Below are positions 14,465-23,592 of a stretch of DNA of 39,057 bases, piece after piece. Both the position numbers and the translations under genes were made by a program. The stretch's first letter is position 1. Each line of letters starts with the position of its first letter. This DNA comes from a virus: the IMG/VR virus record IMGVR_UViG_3300029818_000005, positions 1 through 39,057 of that record; one strand, written 5' to 3'. The notes under the pieces were generated by a model that saw nothing but the letters and a program-made list of their open reading frames with translations, had not been told where the DNA came from and made no database searches.

Positions 14465-17147
14465 CGGTGCCGTATTGGGCGCGACCTATGATCGCGCGTT
14501 CAATGGTGCCACATCGCGGGTCAACCAGCTAGGCGACGCGATGCGATCATTCAAGAGTCAGCGCGGCTTGACCGAGGCGTTCGACCGCGACGAAGCCGCT
14601 GTCGGCAAGGCGCGCATTGCGCTGGAGAAGGTGCAACGCGAAGTGATGGCGGTCAAAAAGGCGCTGAAAAAAGACCCCAACAATCGGGCGCTGGCCAAGG
14701 ATCTGGAAAAGACCGAGAAGACCGCTGCTGAGTTGTCGGCAAAGCTGAACTCCGCGCGCGTTGCTGCCACGAGGTCTGGTCAAGCGATGCGGCAAGCCGG
14801 GCTGGATGCAGCAAAGTCCGCGCAGGAGCACGTACGCTTGGGCGCGGCCATCGACAAGGTCGAGAGGGAGCAGAAGCAGCTCGACGCAGTGCTGTCGCGC
14901 CGCAATCAAGCCGGGGCCCGTATCGGCCAATTGCGCACGCAATTGCTTGGCCTCACCGGTGTCGCGTTCGCCGCCGGCAAAGCGATTGGCCAGGCGCTCG
15001 ATGTCGAGCGGGCCACCGTGCGCCTGTCCACTGTGGTGAACGCTGGTGATGTTGATGCTGCGGTCAAGGCATCGCGGCGCAGTGCGATCGAGTTCGCGCG
15101 GGCCAACCTGACATCCGAGGGCGACGTGCTGAACATCGAGTACGCGCTCAACTCGGCAGGCTTCGAGGCATCGTTCGCGCGCTCCACGTCCGGCCTGGTG
15201 GCCAAGGTGGCCAAGGTCACCGATGGCACGGCCGAGCAGGTTGGCGAGGTGATGGCCACCGTGTTCAACAACCTGGGCTCTTCGCTGCAAGGCACGCAGG
15301 AAGAGCAGATCACCCGCATCGGCGAGTTGCTGACCAAGACCCAGTTCAAGTTCCAGATCCGCGATTTCGGCCAGCTCGGCGAATCGTTCAAGGCTGCATC
15401 GCCCACATTGGCGCGCTTCAATGTCGAGCTCGATCAAGGCGCGACCCTGATCGGCGCGCTCAACTCGGCCGGCCTGCAAGGTGGCGCGGCCGGCACTGCG
15501 CTGTCCGCCAGCTTCCGTGGGCTGGGCAAGGCATCCAAGGAAATGGGATTCCAGATCGCCAAGAACGCCGAAGGAGGAACCGACTTCACCACCACGCTGG
15601 AGAACCTCAGCCAGTCGATTGGCGGATTCGAGAGCCTCTCTGATGACACCAACGCCGCATTGCAAAAAGCGTTTGGGGACGAAGGCGTCAAGGGTGTGGT
15701 GTTGCTGGGCAAGCAACTCGACAAGCTGCGCGCCGCGCAAAAGGACGTGACCGAAGGCTCGAAGGGTCTTGTCGACAAGAGCTACCAGCGTTTTCTGGAC
15801 TCGGCATCGGGCAAGACCGAGATTTTCCAGAACAACGTGCGGCTGCTCGGTACGGCGTTCGGCGCCGGGCTGGTGCCGATACTCAATACCGTGCTGCCGC
15901 CGTTGGTGTCGATCACCATTGCCGTTGGCCGGCTGCTTGATGATTTTCCCGTGGTCGCCACCGGCATTGGCGTGGTGGTGGGTGCAGCGGCGTTGTGGAC
16001 CGTCGGCGTGCTGGCGGCCAACGCCGCTACGTGGCTGTGGAACAGCGCCATCTTGGGACTGAAGTTCGGCACGGCATTCGCACGGCTGCGGGTGCTGACC
16101 GTGGCAACCTGGGCGTATGCGCGCGGCGCGCTGCCGGGCGCGATCTCGGCAGCATCGCGGCTTGGCTCGGTGCTCGGCGGCGCGCTAACGCGGGGGCTTG
16201 CCATGGCTGGCAGGGGGGTGGCGATCCTCGGCCGCGCGCTGCTGCTCAATCCCATCGGCCTTGCGGTCACCGTGATTGCCGGCGCCGCGTTCCTGATCTG
16301 GAAGAACTGGTCGAAGATCGGCCCGGCGCTGAAGGCGTTCTGGGGTGGCATAAAAAACGCAGCGAGCAAGGCATGGGGCGGGATCAAGGCCGTTGCCGGC
16401 ACCGTATTCGACGCCTCGAAGAAAGCCTTCTCCTTCACGCCGCTGGGATTGGTGGTGCGTAATTGGGGGTCGATCAAGGGCTTCTTTGGCAACCTCGGCG
16501 AGCGCCTGAAGCCCGCATTCAACGCCATCTGGACCGCCTCGAAGAAAGCCTTTTCCTTCACGCCGCTGGGCTTCGTCATCAAGAACTGGGGCGCGATCAT
16601 GGATTTCTTCAAAGCGCTGCCGAGCAAGTTCGGCGCGATCGGTGGACAAATCATCGACGGCTTGCTGGGTGGCATCACGGCGGGCTGGGATCGTCTGAAG
16701 GCGGGCGTGACCAACATCGGCGACGGCATCGCCAACCAGTTCAAGTCGGTGCTCGGCATCAAGTCGCCGAGCCGCGTGTTCATGGGCCTGGGCGACATGT
16801 TGGGGCTCGGGTTGCAGCAAGGCATGCTGGGCACTGCAAGACTGGTGGCGGGCGCGGCGTTGGCGTTGGCGACAGCGGCGACGCCGGATATCCCCGGCAG
16901 TGCAGGGCCTGGCGTGGGCGTTGGCGCACGGGGCGCAGGCGCGGCGGCCGCAGTTGTTGCTGCGGCAGGCGGTGCGCCGGCAACAACGTCAGCGCCAACA
17001 TCCGCCACGATGCAGATCACCATCGGCCCGATCCAGATCACGCAGCAGGCCGGCGAGGATGCCGAGGCGCTGGCCGAGCGCGTGGCCGCCGCGATCGAAC
17101 GCAAGGCCGGCCGCATCCGTCGCGCCGCGCTGGGTGACCTGGCATGA
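14433..17147 (+). CDS. gpT: Tail tape measure protein
   Basis: 904 aa. Coiled-coil N-terminus, hydrophobic Gly/Ala-rich middle. Lies after the E/E' genes. Confidence 0.9.
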   Translation: MSSNLAIGVTIGAVLGATYDRAFNGATSRVNQLGDAMRSFKSQRGLTEAFDRDEAAVGKARIALEKVQREVMAVKKALKKDPNNRALAKDLEKTEKTAAELSAKLNSARVAATRSGQAMRQAGLDAAKSAQEHVRLGAAIDKVEREQKQLDAVLSRRNQAGARIGQLRTQLLGLTGVAFAAGKAIGQALDVERATVRLSTVVNAGDVDAAVKASRRSAIEFARANLTSEGDVLNIEYALNSAGFEASFARSTSGLVAKVAKVTDGTAEQVGEVMATVFNNLGSSLQGTQEEQITRIGELLTKTQFKFQIRDFGQLGESFKAASPTLARFNVELDQGATLIGALNSAGLQGGAAGTALSASFRGLGKASKEMGFQIAKNAEGGTDFTTTLENLSQSIGGFESLSDDTNAALQKAFGDEGVKGVVLLGKQLDKLRAAQKDVTEGSKGLVDKSYQRFLDSASGKTEIFQNNVRLLGTAFGAGLVPILNTVLPPLVSITIAVGRLLDDFPVVATGIGVVVGAAALWTVGVLAANAATWLWNSAILGLKFGTAFARLRVLTVATWAYARGALPGAISAASRLGSVLGGALTRGLAMAGRGVAILGRALLLNPIGLAVTVIAGAAFLIWKNWSKIGPALKAFWGGIKNAASKAWGGIKAVAGTVFDASKKAFSFTPLGLVVRNWGSIKGFFGNLGERLKPAFNAIWTASKKAFSFTPLGFVIKNWGAIMDFFKALPSKFGAIGGQIIDGLLGGITAGWDRLKAGVTNIGDGIANQFKSVLGIKSPSRVFMGLGDMLGLGLQQGMLGTARLVAGAALALATAATPDIPGSAGPGVGVGARGAGAAAAVVAAAGGAPATTSAPTSATMQITIGPIQITQQAGEDAEALAERVAAAIERKAGRIRRAALGDLA
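16413..16625 (+). repeat. Tandem 123-bp (41-aa) duplication inside the tape measure gene
   Basis: gcctcgaagaaagcctt(c/t)tccttcacgccgctggg occurs at 16413 and 16536. Protein level: ASKKAFSFTPLGLVVRNWGSIKGFF versus ASKKAFSFTPLGFVIKNWGAIMDFF. Confidence 0.75.
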
Positions 17148-17833
17148 GCCTGGATATCGGCCGGGTGGTCAGCGCCGCGCGGCAGACGCGCAGCCTGATC
17201 AATCTCGCGCGCGGCATGCCGCGCGATCCGGTGTCGGCGATGTCCGCTGCGCTGACTGCGGCAGGTGTGCCAAGCTGGGCCGGCGCGCTGTTGAGCGGGC
17301 GCGTGGATCGATTCCGCAGCGCGCTGGGGGCAACGCCAGTCACGCCTGCGCCCGACCTGCCTGCGCCCACATTGTCGCCAACGCTCGCCACATCGCCGCC
17401 CAGTGGCAGCGCCAACGCATCGGCCGGCGATCCGCCGCCCAGCGGCAGCGTGCTGCTGAGCTTGGGGCCGGTGCAGTTTCTGGCCGGTGCGCTGGCGCAC
17501 CAGAGCATCGCGCGCTCGATCGATTACCGTTGGGCGGCGCAGGAGCGCCTGGGCCGCGCACCGGCACATCAGTTTCTTGGCCGCGGCGAGGAAACCATTG
17601 AGCTGTCCGGCTACACCCTGACCCATTACACCGGCGGCACCGAAACGATCACCCGTCTGCGCGCGCTCGCCGACCAGGGCGAGCCGCAGGCACTGGTCGA
17701 TTCGTCCGGCACGGTGCTCGGCCTGTACGTGCTCACCCGGGTCGAGACCACCGGCAGCGAGCTGGATGCCAGCGGCCGGCCGCTGATGCTGGAGTTTCGC
17801 CTGTCGCTGGCGGCCTACGGCGAGGATGCGTGA
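17144..17833 (+). CDS. gpU: Tail protein, P2 gpU-like, with a roughly 100-aa low-complexity N-terminal extension
   Basis: The C-terminal part LSLGPVQF...RLGRAPAHQFLGRGEETIELSG...LEFRLSLAAYG resembles gpU. Confidence 0.8.
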   Translation: MSLDIGRVVSAARQTRSLINLARGMPRDPVSAMSAALTAAGVPSWAGALLSGRVDRFRSALGATPVTPAPDLPAPTLSPTLATSPPSGSANASAGDPPPSGSVLLSLGPVQFLAGALAHQSIARSIDYRWAAQERLGRAPAHQFLGRGEETIELSGYTLTHYTGGTETITRLRALADQGEPQALVDSSGTVLGLYVLTRVETTGSELDASGRPLMLEFRLSLAAYGEDA

Positions 17834-18039
17834 TGCGCGAGTATCGCACCCGCGACGGCGACACCCTCGACGCCATCGCCTGGCGCGTGTACGGCCGGCA
17901 CGGCGCCGTCGTAGCGTTAGCCGAAGCAAACCCGCGGGCGCTTGACGCACCGGTATTGCCGGCTGGCGTGGTGCTGCAACTACCAGTGGTCCCCACGGCG
18001 CCGAGAGTGGCCACCGTGCGGCTGTGGGGCGCGGCGTGA
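17833..18039 (+). CDS. gpX: Tail protein X (LysM-like), P2 gpX-like
   Basis: MREYRTRDGDTLDAIAWRVYGR...VLPAGVVLQLP matches the gpX pattern. Confidence 0.8.
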   Translation: MREYRTRDGDTLDAIAWRVYGRHGAVVALAEANPRALDAPVLPAGVVLQLPVVPTAPRVATVRLWGAA

Positions 18040-19013
18040 AGCCGGCGTTCGCCATCACGCTGAACGGAACCGACATCACTGGCAATATCGCTGATCGCCT
18101 GATTTCGCTCAGCATCAGCGATGAGGCGGGTATTTCGTCCGATCGATTCGAACTGTCGCTCGATGACCGCGACCACGCCTTGGGATGGCCCGGTGCTGGC
18201 GTCGAGCTGGAGATTGCGCTCGGCTACCGCGAGACTGGCGGCGCACGGACGATGGGGCGCTACACGGTTGACGAAGTGGAGTCGTCCGGGCCGCCGGCCG
18301 TGCTGAACCTGCGCGGCGCCGCTGCCGACATGCTGGCCAGCCTCAAGAGCCAGCGCCGCGCTGACTATGACGGCAAGACGCTGGGCGAAATCGTGCGCAC
18401 CATTGCTGCCCGCCACCGGCTCACCCCGCAGATTGCCGCGGCCTTGGAAGCGCAGCCGGTGGAACACCTGGACCAGACCGACGAAAGCGACCTGCACCTG
18501 CTCACACGGCTGGCCGAGCAGTTCGGCGCCATCGCCAAGCCCGCAGCCGGGCGCCTGTTGTTCGTCGAGGTCGGGAAGGGTCTGGACGCGAGCGGCGCCG
18601 CCATGCCGGCGGTTGCGATCGTCCGCAATCAGGTAACGAGCTGGCGAGCGTCCGAGCAAGAGCGGCAGTTCTATTCGCGGGTGGAAGCGCGCTGGAAGCC
18701 GCCGCGCAAGCATGCCACCCAGACCGTGGTGGTGGGCGATGGCGACCCATCGACCACGTTGCGCAACGCGTTCCGCTCGGAGCTCGACGCCCGCCGCGCT
18801 GCCGAGGCGCGCTTGCGCAAAATGTCGCGCGGGCGCACCTCGCTCAGCCTGGGCGTGCCTGGCGACCCCGATCTGGTTGCCGAGCGCCCGATTACCCTGT
18901 CCGGGTTTCGCGACGGGGTGGATGGCGACTGGATCATCACCCGCGCCGAGCATCGCCTCGACAGCAGCGGCTACAGCACCAGCATCGAGGCGCAGCGGTC
19001 TGTGGCAGACTAA
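18036..19013 (+). CDS. gpD: Late control/tail protein D, P2 gpD-like
   Basis: GTGA overlap with gpX. KPAFAITLNGTDITGNIADRLISLSISDEAG. GTG 18024 is an alternative start. Confidence 0.85.
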   Translation: MKPAFAITLNGTDITGNIADRLISLSISDEAGISSDRFELSLDDRDHALGWPGAGVELEIALGYRETGGARTMGRYTVDEVESSGPPAVLNLRGAAADMLASLKSQRRADYDGKTLGEIVRTIAARHRLTPQIAAALEAQPVEHLDQTDESDLHLLTRLAEQFGAIAKPAAGRLLFVEVGKGLDASGAAMPAVAIVRNQVTSWRASEQERQFYSRVEARWKPPRKHATQTVVVGDGDPSTTLRNAFRSELDARRAAEARLRKMSRGRTSLSLGVPGDPDLVAERPITLSGFRDGVDGDWIITRAEHRLDSSGYSTSIEAQRSVAD

Positions 19014-19063
19014 AAAAGTCTCGCGTCCGCCATGACGTGAGACAGCCGCGCATGAAATGCTCC
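19012..19063 (+). promoter_or_regulatory. Conserved dyad element, copy 2 (A6-GTCTCGCGT-N8-ACGTGAGAC plus flank)
   Basis: The only other copy of the 5517..5568 element in the window. It sits in the gap between gpD and gpW. Confidence 0.6.
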
Positions 19064-19413
19064 CGGGCATGCTAGGCATGTCCCGAACCAGCGGCCGATT
19101 GCTCGATGAATTGACGCATCTGCGGCAATCGATTGCCGATATCCTGACGACGCCCATTGGCTCGCGGGTGATGCGTCGCGACTACGGCTCGCGCCTGTTC
19201 GAGATGGTGGACGCGCCGATCAACGCGCGCACCCTGGGCGACATCTACGCCGCCACCGTGGACGCGCTGCGGCGTTGGGAGCCGCGCCTTGCCGTTCGCC
19301 AGGTGCGCGTGTTGCAGGCCGCCGCAGGGCGCTTGGAACTGGCGCTCTCCGCCGACTTCCGCGACGGGGCCCAACGCACCCGTATCAATCTGCCTATCGA
19401 GGTGTCGGCATGA
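19057..19413 (+). CDS. gpW: Baseplate protein W (gp25/lysozyme-like fold family)
   Basis: LGMSRTSGRLLDELTHLRQSIADILTTPIGSRVMRRDYGS matches P2 gpW. ATG 19068 is an alternative start. Confidence 0.85.
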   Translation: MLPGMLGMSRTSGRLLDELTHLRQSIADILTTPIGSRVMRRDYGSRLFEMVDAPINARTLGDIYAATVDALRRWEPRLAVRQVRVLQAAAGRLELALSADFRDGAQRTRINLPIEVSA

Positions 19414-20297
19414 GCGTTGATCTGTCGCTGCTGCCGCCGCCTACGGTTATCGAACCGCTCGACTTCGAGACAGTGCTCGCCGCGGCGAAGTCGGATGCGC
19501 TCGCCGTATTCCCCGAGCTCGCCGACGTGCTGGCGCTGGAATCCGAGCCGGTGACCAAGCTGTTGCAAGTGTTCGCCTACCGCGAGCTGCTGCTGCGCGC
19601 GCGAGTCAACGATGCCGCCCGAAGCGTTATGCTGGCCAGCGCCACCGGCAGCGATCTGGAACAACTGGCCGCGCTGTTCGGCGTATCGCGCCTGGTGCTT
19701 GATCCCGGCGATGCCGCCGCGACCCCGCCGATCGCGCCGACGCTGGAAACCGATGCCGATCTGCGCCGACGCACGCAACTTGCGCCAGAAGGATTCAGCG
19801 TCGCCGGCCCTGAGGGTGCCTACATCTTCCACGCGCTGAGCGTTGCCGACGTGCTCGATGCCAGCGTCACCAGCCCGGCCCCGGGTGAGGTCGTGGTGTC
19901 GGTACTCTCGCGCACCGGCGACGGCGCCGCCAGCGCTGAGCTGGTGCTCGCAGTGGCCGCTACGCTCACCAGTACCGCCGTGCGCCCGCTGACCGACATG
20001 GTGACCGTGCAATCGGCGCAGGTCGTGCCCTACGCTGTCACCGCCATGCTGTGGACGTTGCCAGGGCCCGATGCCGCCGTGGTGCTCGCCACCGCGCAGG
20101 CCCGCGTGCAGGCACTGATTGCAGCCACGCGCCGGCTCGGCCGCGACATTGCGCGCTCAGCGCTGATCGCCGCGCTGCACGTCGATGGCGTGCAGCGGGT
20201 TGATCTGACCGAACCAGCCGTCGACATCGTGATCACGCCGAGCCAGGCCGGCAGCGCCACGGCGGTGACGATCACCAGCGGGGGCAGCAATGTCTGA
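19410..20297 (+). CDS. gpJ: Baseplate protein J
   Basis: ATGA overlap; 295 aa. The position and FAYRELLLRARVNDAARSVMLA pattern are typical of gpJ. Confidence 0.85.
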   Translation: MSVDLSLLPPPTVIEPLDFETVLAAAKSDALAVFPELADVLALESEPVTKLLQVFAYRELLLRARVNDAARSVMLASATGSDLEQLAALFGVSRLVLDPGDAAATPPIAPTLETDADLRRRTQLAPEGFSVAGPEGAYIFHALSVADVLDASVTSPAPGEVVVSVLSRTGDGAASAELVLAVAATLTSTAVRPLTDMVTVQSAQVVPYAVTAMLWTLPGPDAAVVLATAQARVQALIAATRRLGRDIARSALIAALHVDGVQRVDLTEPAVDIVITPSQAGSATAVTITSGGSNV

Positions 20298-20913
20298 CCA
20301 CCTGCTGCCACCGAACGCCACGCCGCTGGAGCGCGCGCTCGAAGCGGCGACGCTGCGCATCGATGCGATCCCTGTCCCGCTGCGCACACTGTGGAATCCC
20401 GACACCATCCCGGCCCCGCTGCTGCCGTGGCTCGCCTGGGGGCTATCCGTTGACGACTGGGATACCGCCTGGACCGAGCCACAAAAGCGCGCCGTGGTCG
20501 CAGCCAGCATCCGCGTACACCAGCACAAAGGCACCGTGGGCGCCATGCTCACCGCGCTGGCCGCGCTCGACTACAGCGCGCAGTTGATCGAGTGGCACCA
20601 GAGCGCGCCGCAACAGCCGCCGTACACATTCAAAATCCGCGTCACTTTGGATGCGCGCGGCATCATCGACGGCATCTGGGGCGAGGTCGAGCGCACCGCG
20701 CTGGCGGCAAAGAACGCCCGCAGCCACCTCACCGCCGTGCAATTGCTGCACACCTCGCCCAGCCCGGTAGTGATGGCCGCCGCGATCACCGCTGCCGAGA
20801 TCATCACCATCCAGCCGTGGCAGCTCACCGAAATCGACAGCGCCGGGCCGCTACGCATTGGCGCGGCAATTTCCGCCCGCGAAACCGTCACCATCTCACC
20901 GCAGGTGCATTGA
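20290..20913 (+). CDS. gpI: Tail protein I
   Basis: LLPPNATPLERALE...LWNPDTIPAPLLPWLAWGLSVDDWD...HKGTVGA matches gpI. Confidence 0.8.
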   Translation: MSDHLLPPNATPLERALEAATLRIDAIPVPLRTLWNPDTIPAPLLPWLAWGLSVDDWDTAWTEPQKRAVVAASIRVHQHKGTVGAMLTALAALDYSAQLIEWHQSAPQQPPYTFKIRVTLDARGIIDGIWGEVERTALAAKNARSHLTAVQLLHTSPSPVVMAAAITAAEIITIQPWQLTEIDSAGPLRIGAAISARETVTISPQVH

Positions 20914-20916
20914 CCG

Positions 20917-21423
20917 ATGAACTTCTTCACCCTGCTCACCATCACCGGCAAAGCCAAGGTGGCCGCCGCCATTGCCTCCGGCATCCCGCTCGCCATCACC
21001 CAGATGGCGCTTGGTGACGGCGGCGGCGCGGCAGTGACGCCAAGCGAAAACCGCGCTGCGCTGATTGGCGAGGTCAACCGCGGCCCCGCCAATTCGCTCG
21101 GCGTCGATCCGCTCAACCCGAACTGGGTCACCGTCGAGCGCATCATCGCGCCCGAGGTCGGCGGCTGGACGATCCGCGAGGTCGGCCTGTTCGATGCCGC
21201 CGGTGACCTGATCGCCTACGGCAATTTCCCCGACAGCTACAAGCCGCAACTGGCCGAGGGCAGCGGAAAAGAACTGGTGATAAAAGTCCAGATCGAAGTC
21301 GCCAACGCCAGCGCCGTCACCCTGCTGATTGATCCCAGCGTGGTGCTGGCCACGCGCGCCTACGTCGATGCGCAGTGGTTGTTGCACCGCGCCCGCCGCC
21401 ACTATTTCGCCACCGCAAACTAG
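20917..21423 (+). CDS. Short tail-fibre protein containing only the gpH-type N-terminal collar domain
   Basis: MNFFTLLTITGKAKVAAAIASGIPLAITQMALGDGGG...REVGLFDAAGDLIAYGNFP is the conserved fibre N-terminal domain. The protein is only 168 aa. Confidence 0.65.
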   Translation: MNFFTLLTITGKAKVAAAIASGIPLAITQMALGDGGGAAVTPSENRAALIGEVNRGPANSLGVDPLNPNWVTVERIIAPEVGGWTIREVGLFDAAGDLIAYGNFPDSYKPQLAEGSGKELVIKVQIEVANASAVTLLIDPSVVLATRAYVDAQWLLHRARRHYFATAN

Positions 21424-21434
21424 GAGCCCCGCAC

Positions 21435-21746
21435 ATGTCCGGCAAATTGGGCAAAGCCGATCTGGCCGCCGCCGCTGATACCGATCTGTACACCACGCCG
21501 GCCGGCATTGTTGCCACCGCCAGCGTGGCATTCGTCAACCGCACTGCCGCCGCCATCACCGTGCGCCTGGCGGTGCGCAGCGCCGCGTTGGCCAACTCCG
21601 ATTATCTGGAGTACGACGCCAGCATCCCGGCCAACGGGGTGTTGGAGCGCACCGGCATCGTGCTCAGCCCCGGCGAGATCATCACCGTACGCGCCAGCGC
21701 CGTCGGCGTATCGGCGCGTGCGCATGGCTTTGAGGAGACCGCGTAA
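21435..21746 (+). CDS. Hypothetical small protein in the fibre module
   Basis: AGGAG 8 nt upstream of the ATG; 103 aa. No family recognised. Confidence 0.5.
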   Translation: MSGKLGKADLAAAADTDLYTTPAGIVATASVAFVNRTAAAITVRLAVRSAALANSDYLEYDASIPANGVLERTGIVLSPGEIITVRASAVGVSARAHGFEETA

Positions 21747-22462
21747 TGGGCCGGTTTGTAAGCGGTGCCGGCTCTGACCAGCCGCGCAAGAAGACCATCA
21801 AATTATTCGCCTCCGACCCCGCTGTTCCGGTGCCGGCGTGGGCTGGCGTGGTGTATGTGACCGGCTGTGGCGGTGGTGGCGGCGGTGGAAATACCAGTTC
21901 CGCCGGAAATCTTCGCGGGGCAGGCGGAGGCGCATCGGCGTTTTCCAGCCGCGCACCAATTCCTGTGCCAAGCGGGTTAGCAACTGTCCAGGTCATCATC
22001 GGCGCAGCCGGTGTCGGCGCCGCAGGTGGCAGCAACGCGGCTGGGACCGATGGCGGAAAATCGACCGTCACTGTCGGCCAGCAAATAACGCTATTCGGCG
22101 GCGGCGGCGGCCCGTCACTAATAACGTCTGGCACGAAAGGAGGACTTGGCGGTGTGCCAGTTGTTGGAGGCGCACTCGGACGAACGGTGGTGAACGAATC
22201 GCAGATTAACGGAGAGGGATTTTTCGGCCCTGCGTCGCCGATGTCTGCGGGGGCGCCGGGTGGGCTGTCCAACGATGGTGCTGGTGGTGGCATTTCAATT
22301 TTTGGTGCTGGAGGGCTGGAAATCAAAGGCGTCGTTGCGCCTGGAACTTCAGGCGCCGATGGCACGGGTTACGGTGCTGGTGGGTCCGGCGGGCGAGATG
22401 GAGGCCGGGGCGGCAACGGCTCACCCGGGTTCATCATGCTCGAATTCGAGGAAACCGCATAA
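21746..22462 (+). CDS. Glycine-rich protein (possible distal fibre/receptor-binding component)
   Basis: TAATG coupling; 238 aa. GCGGGGGGGNTSSAGNLRGAGGGASAF...GGSGGRDGGRGGNGSPGFIMLEF. Confidence 0.6.
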   Translation: MGRFVSGAGSDQPRKKTIKLFASDPAVPVPAWAGVVYVTGCGGGGGGGNTSSAGNLRGAGGGASAFSSRAPIPVPSGLATVQVIIGAAGVGAAGGSNAAGTDGGKSTVTVGQQITLFGGGGGPSLITSGTKGGLGGVPVVGGALGRTVVNESQINGEGFFGPASPMSAGAPGGLSNDGAGGGISIFGAGGLEIKGVVAPGTSGADGTGYGAGGSGGRDGGRGGNGSPGFIMLEFEETA

Positions 22463-22905
22463 TGCGCACGCTCGCTCTGCTCACCGCTGACGGCACAGCC
22501 GTCGCAAACCTCATCATCGGCGACGCCGCGCAATGGCCCGATGCCATCGATGTTACCGACATCGATCCGCGCCCAGGCCCCGGCTGGGCATACGATGGGG
22601 TGGCGTTCGCGGCCCCGCCGCCAGCGCCCGCCGATGCGCCCGTGCTCAGCCCGCGCATGACGCGCTTGTATCTGCTGAATCGCTACACCGCCGCCGAGCG
22701 CGCCGCCATTCGCGCCGCCCGCGCCACCGACCCGGTGCTCGACGATGCCATGTACCTGTTCGAGCAAGCGCAAAACGTGGATGTGTCGCTGCCGTTGACT
22801 CAGCAACTCGTCGGCTACCTCGCCCAGCAAGGGCACATCGCCGCTGAGCGTGTCGCCGAGATTCTCGCACCGGCACCGCTCGGCGAAGACGGGGTGTTGC
22901 CGTAA
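22462..22905 (+). CDS. Hypothetical protein (possible fibre assembly factor, by position only)
   Basis: TAATG coupling; 147 aa. Last gene of the fibre block. Confidence 0.4.
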   Translation: MRTLALLTADGTAVANLIIGDAAQWPDAIDVTDIDPRPGPGWAYDGVAFAAPPPAPADAPVLSPRMTRLYLLNRYTAAERAAIRAARATDPVLDDAMYLFEQAQNVDVSLPLTQQLVGYLAQQGHIAAERVAEILAPAPLGEDGVLP

Positions 22906-22945
22906 TGGATTGGCTCGCCGCCAGCACCCCAAGGATGATCGATTG

Positions 22946-23359
22946 ATGGAAAGTCAGCTCGCACAAAACTGGATTTCGCTCGTTGTCGCTGGCGCCGCTT
23001 TGCTCATGCAGACTGCCGCGCTCGGCTGGTGGCTGAGCCGGCAACTGTCGCGTCACGATCTTGCGCTTGCCAATGCAATCAGCGGCGAGCGCGCCGCCCG
23101 CAATCGCGCGATGGCAGAGTACGCGCGCGCCATGTCAATCGACATCGAGCACGCAAAAGGCGAGGCGCGGATGGCGCGTGAGCATGTATCAGAGGTGCGC
23201 GTCGAATTCACCAAGGCGTTCCGCGAGTACCCAACAAAAGACGAACTGCGGCAGATGCTGTCCGACCGCATCGATCCAATCAACGCCGGGCTGGAGCGCC
23301 TGCTGGCCCACGCCGATCCCGTCCACCCCGATGTGCGTCGCCGAAGGAGATCGACATGA
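22946..23359 (+). CDS. N-terminally membrane-anchored coiled-coil protein at the head of the lysis cassette
   Basis: The TM segment is ISLVVAGAALLMQTAALGWWL. The remainder is charged and helical. Confidence 0.5.
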   Translation: MESQLAQNWISLVVAGAALLMQTAALGWWLSRQLSRHDLALANAISGERAARNRAMAEYARAMSIDIEHAKGEARMAREHVSEVRVEFTKAFREYPTKDELRQMLSDRIDPINAGLERLLAHADPVHPDVRRRRRST

Positions 23360-23592
23360 ACGATATGCTGCAAACCATCGGCATTTCCATCGCGGCCACC
23401 GTCATCGTGGTTCCGCTCGCTGTGCTCAGTCTCGCGTGGACCGTATCGTTCGGGCTGTCGCGTTGGGGCGTTAGCCGGCGCGAGTTGCGACACGCCATCG
23501 ATGGCGTGTTGGCAAACCCGCAGGCCTGTGCCCATCTGCTGGCTGGCGTGGTGATCGGCCTGTGCATAATGCTCGGGCAAGTGTACTCATGA
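23356..23592 (+). CDS. Holin candidate (2 TM)
   Basis: 78 aa, IGISIAATVIVVPLAVLSLAWTV and LLAGVVIGLCIMLG. ATGA-coupled to the endolysin. Confidence 0.5.
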   Translation: MNDMLQTIGISIAATVIVVPLAVLSLAWTVSFGLSRWGVSRRELRHAIDGVLANPQACAHLLAGVVIGLCIMLGQVYS

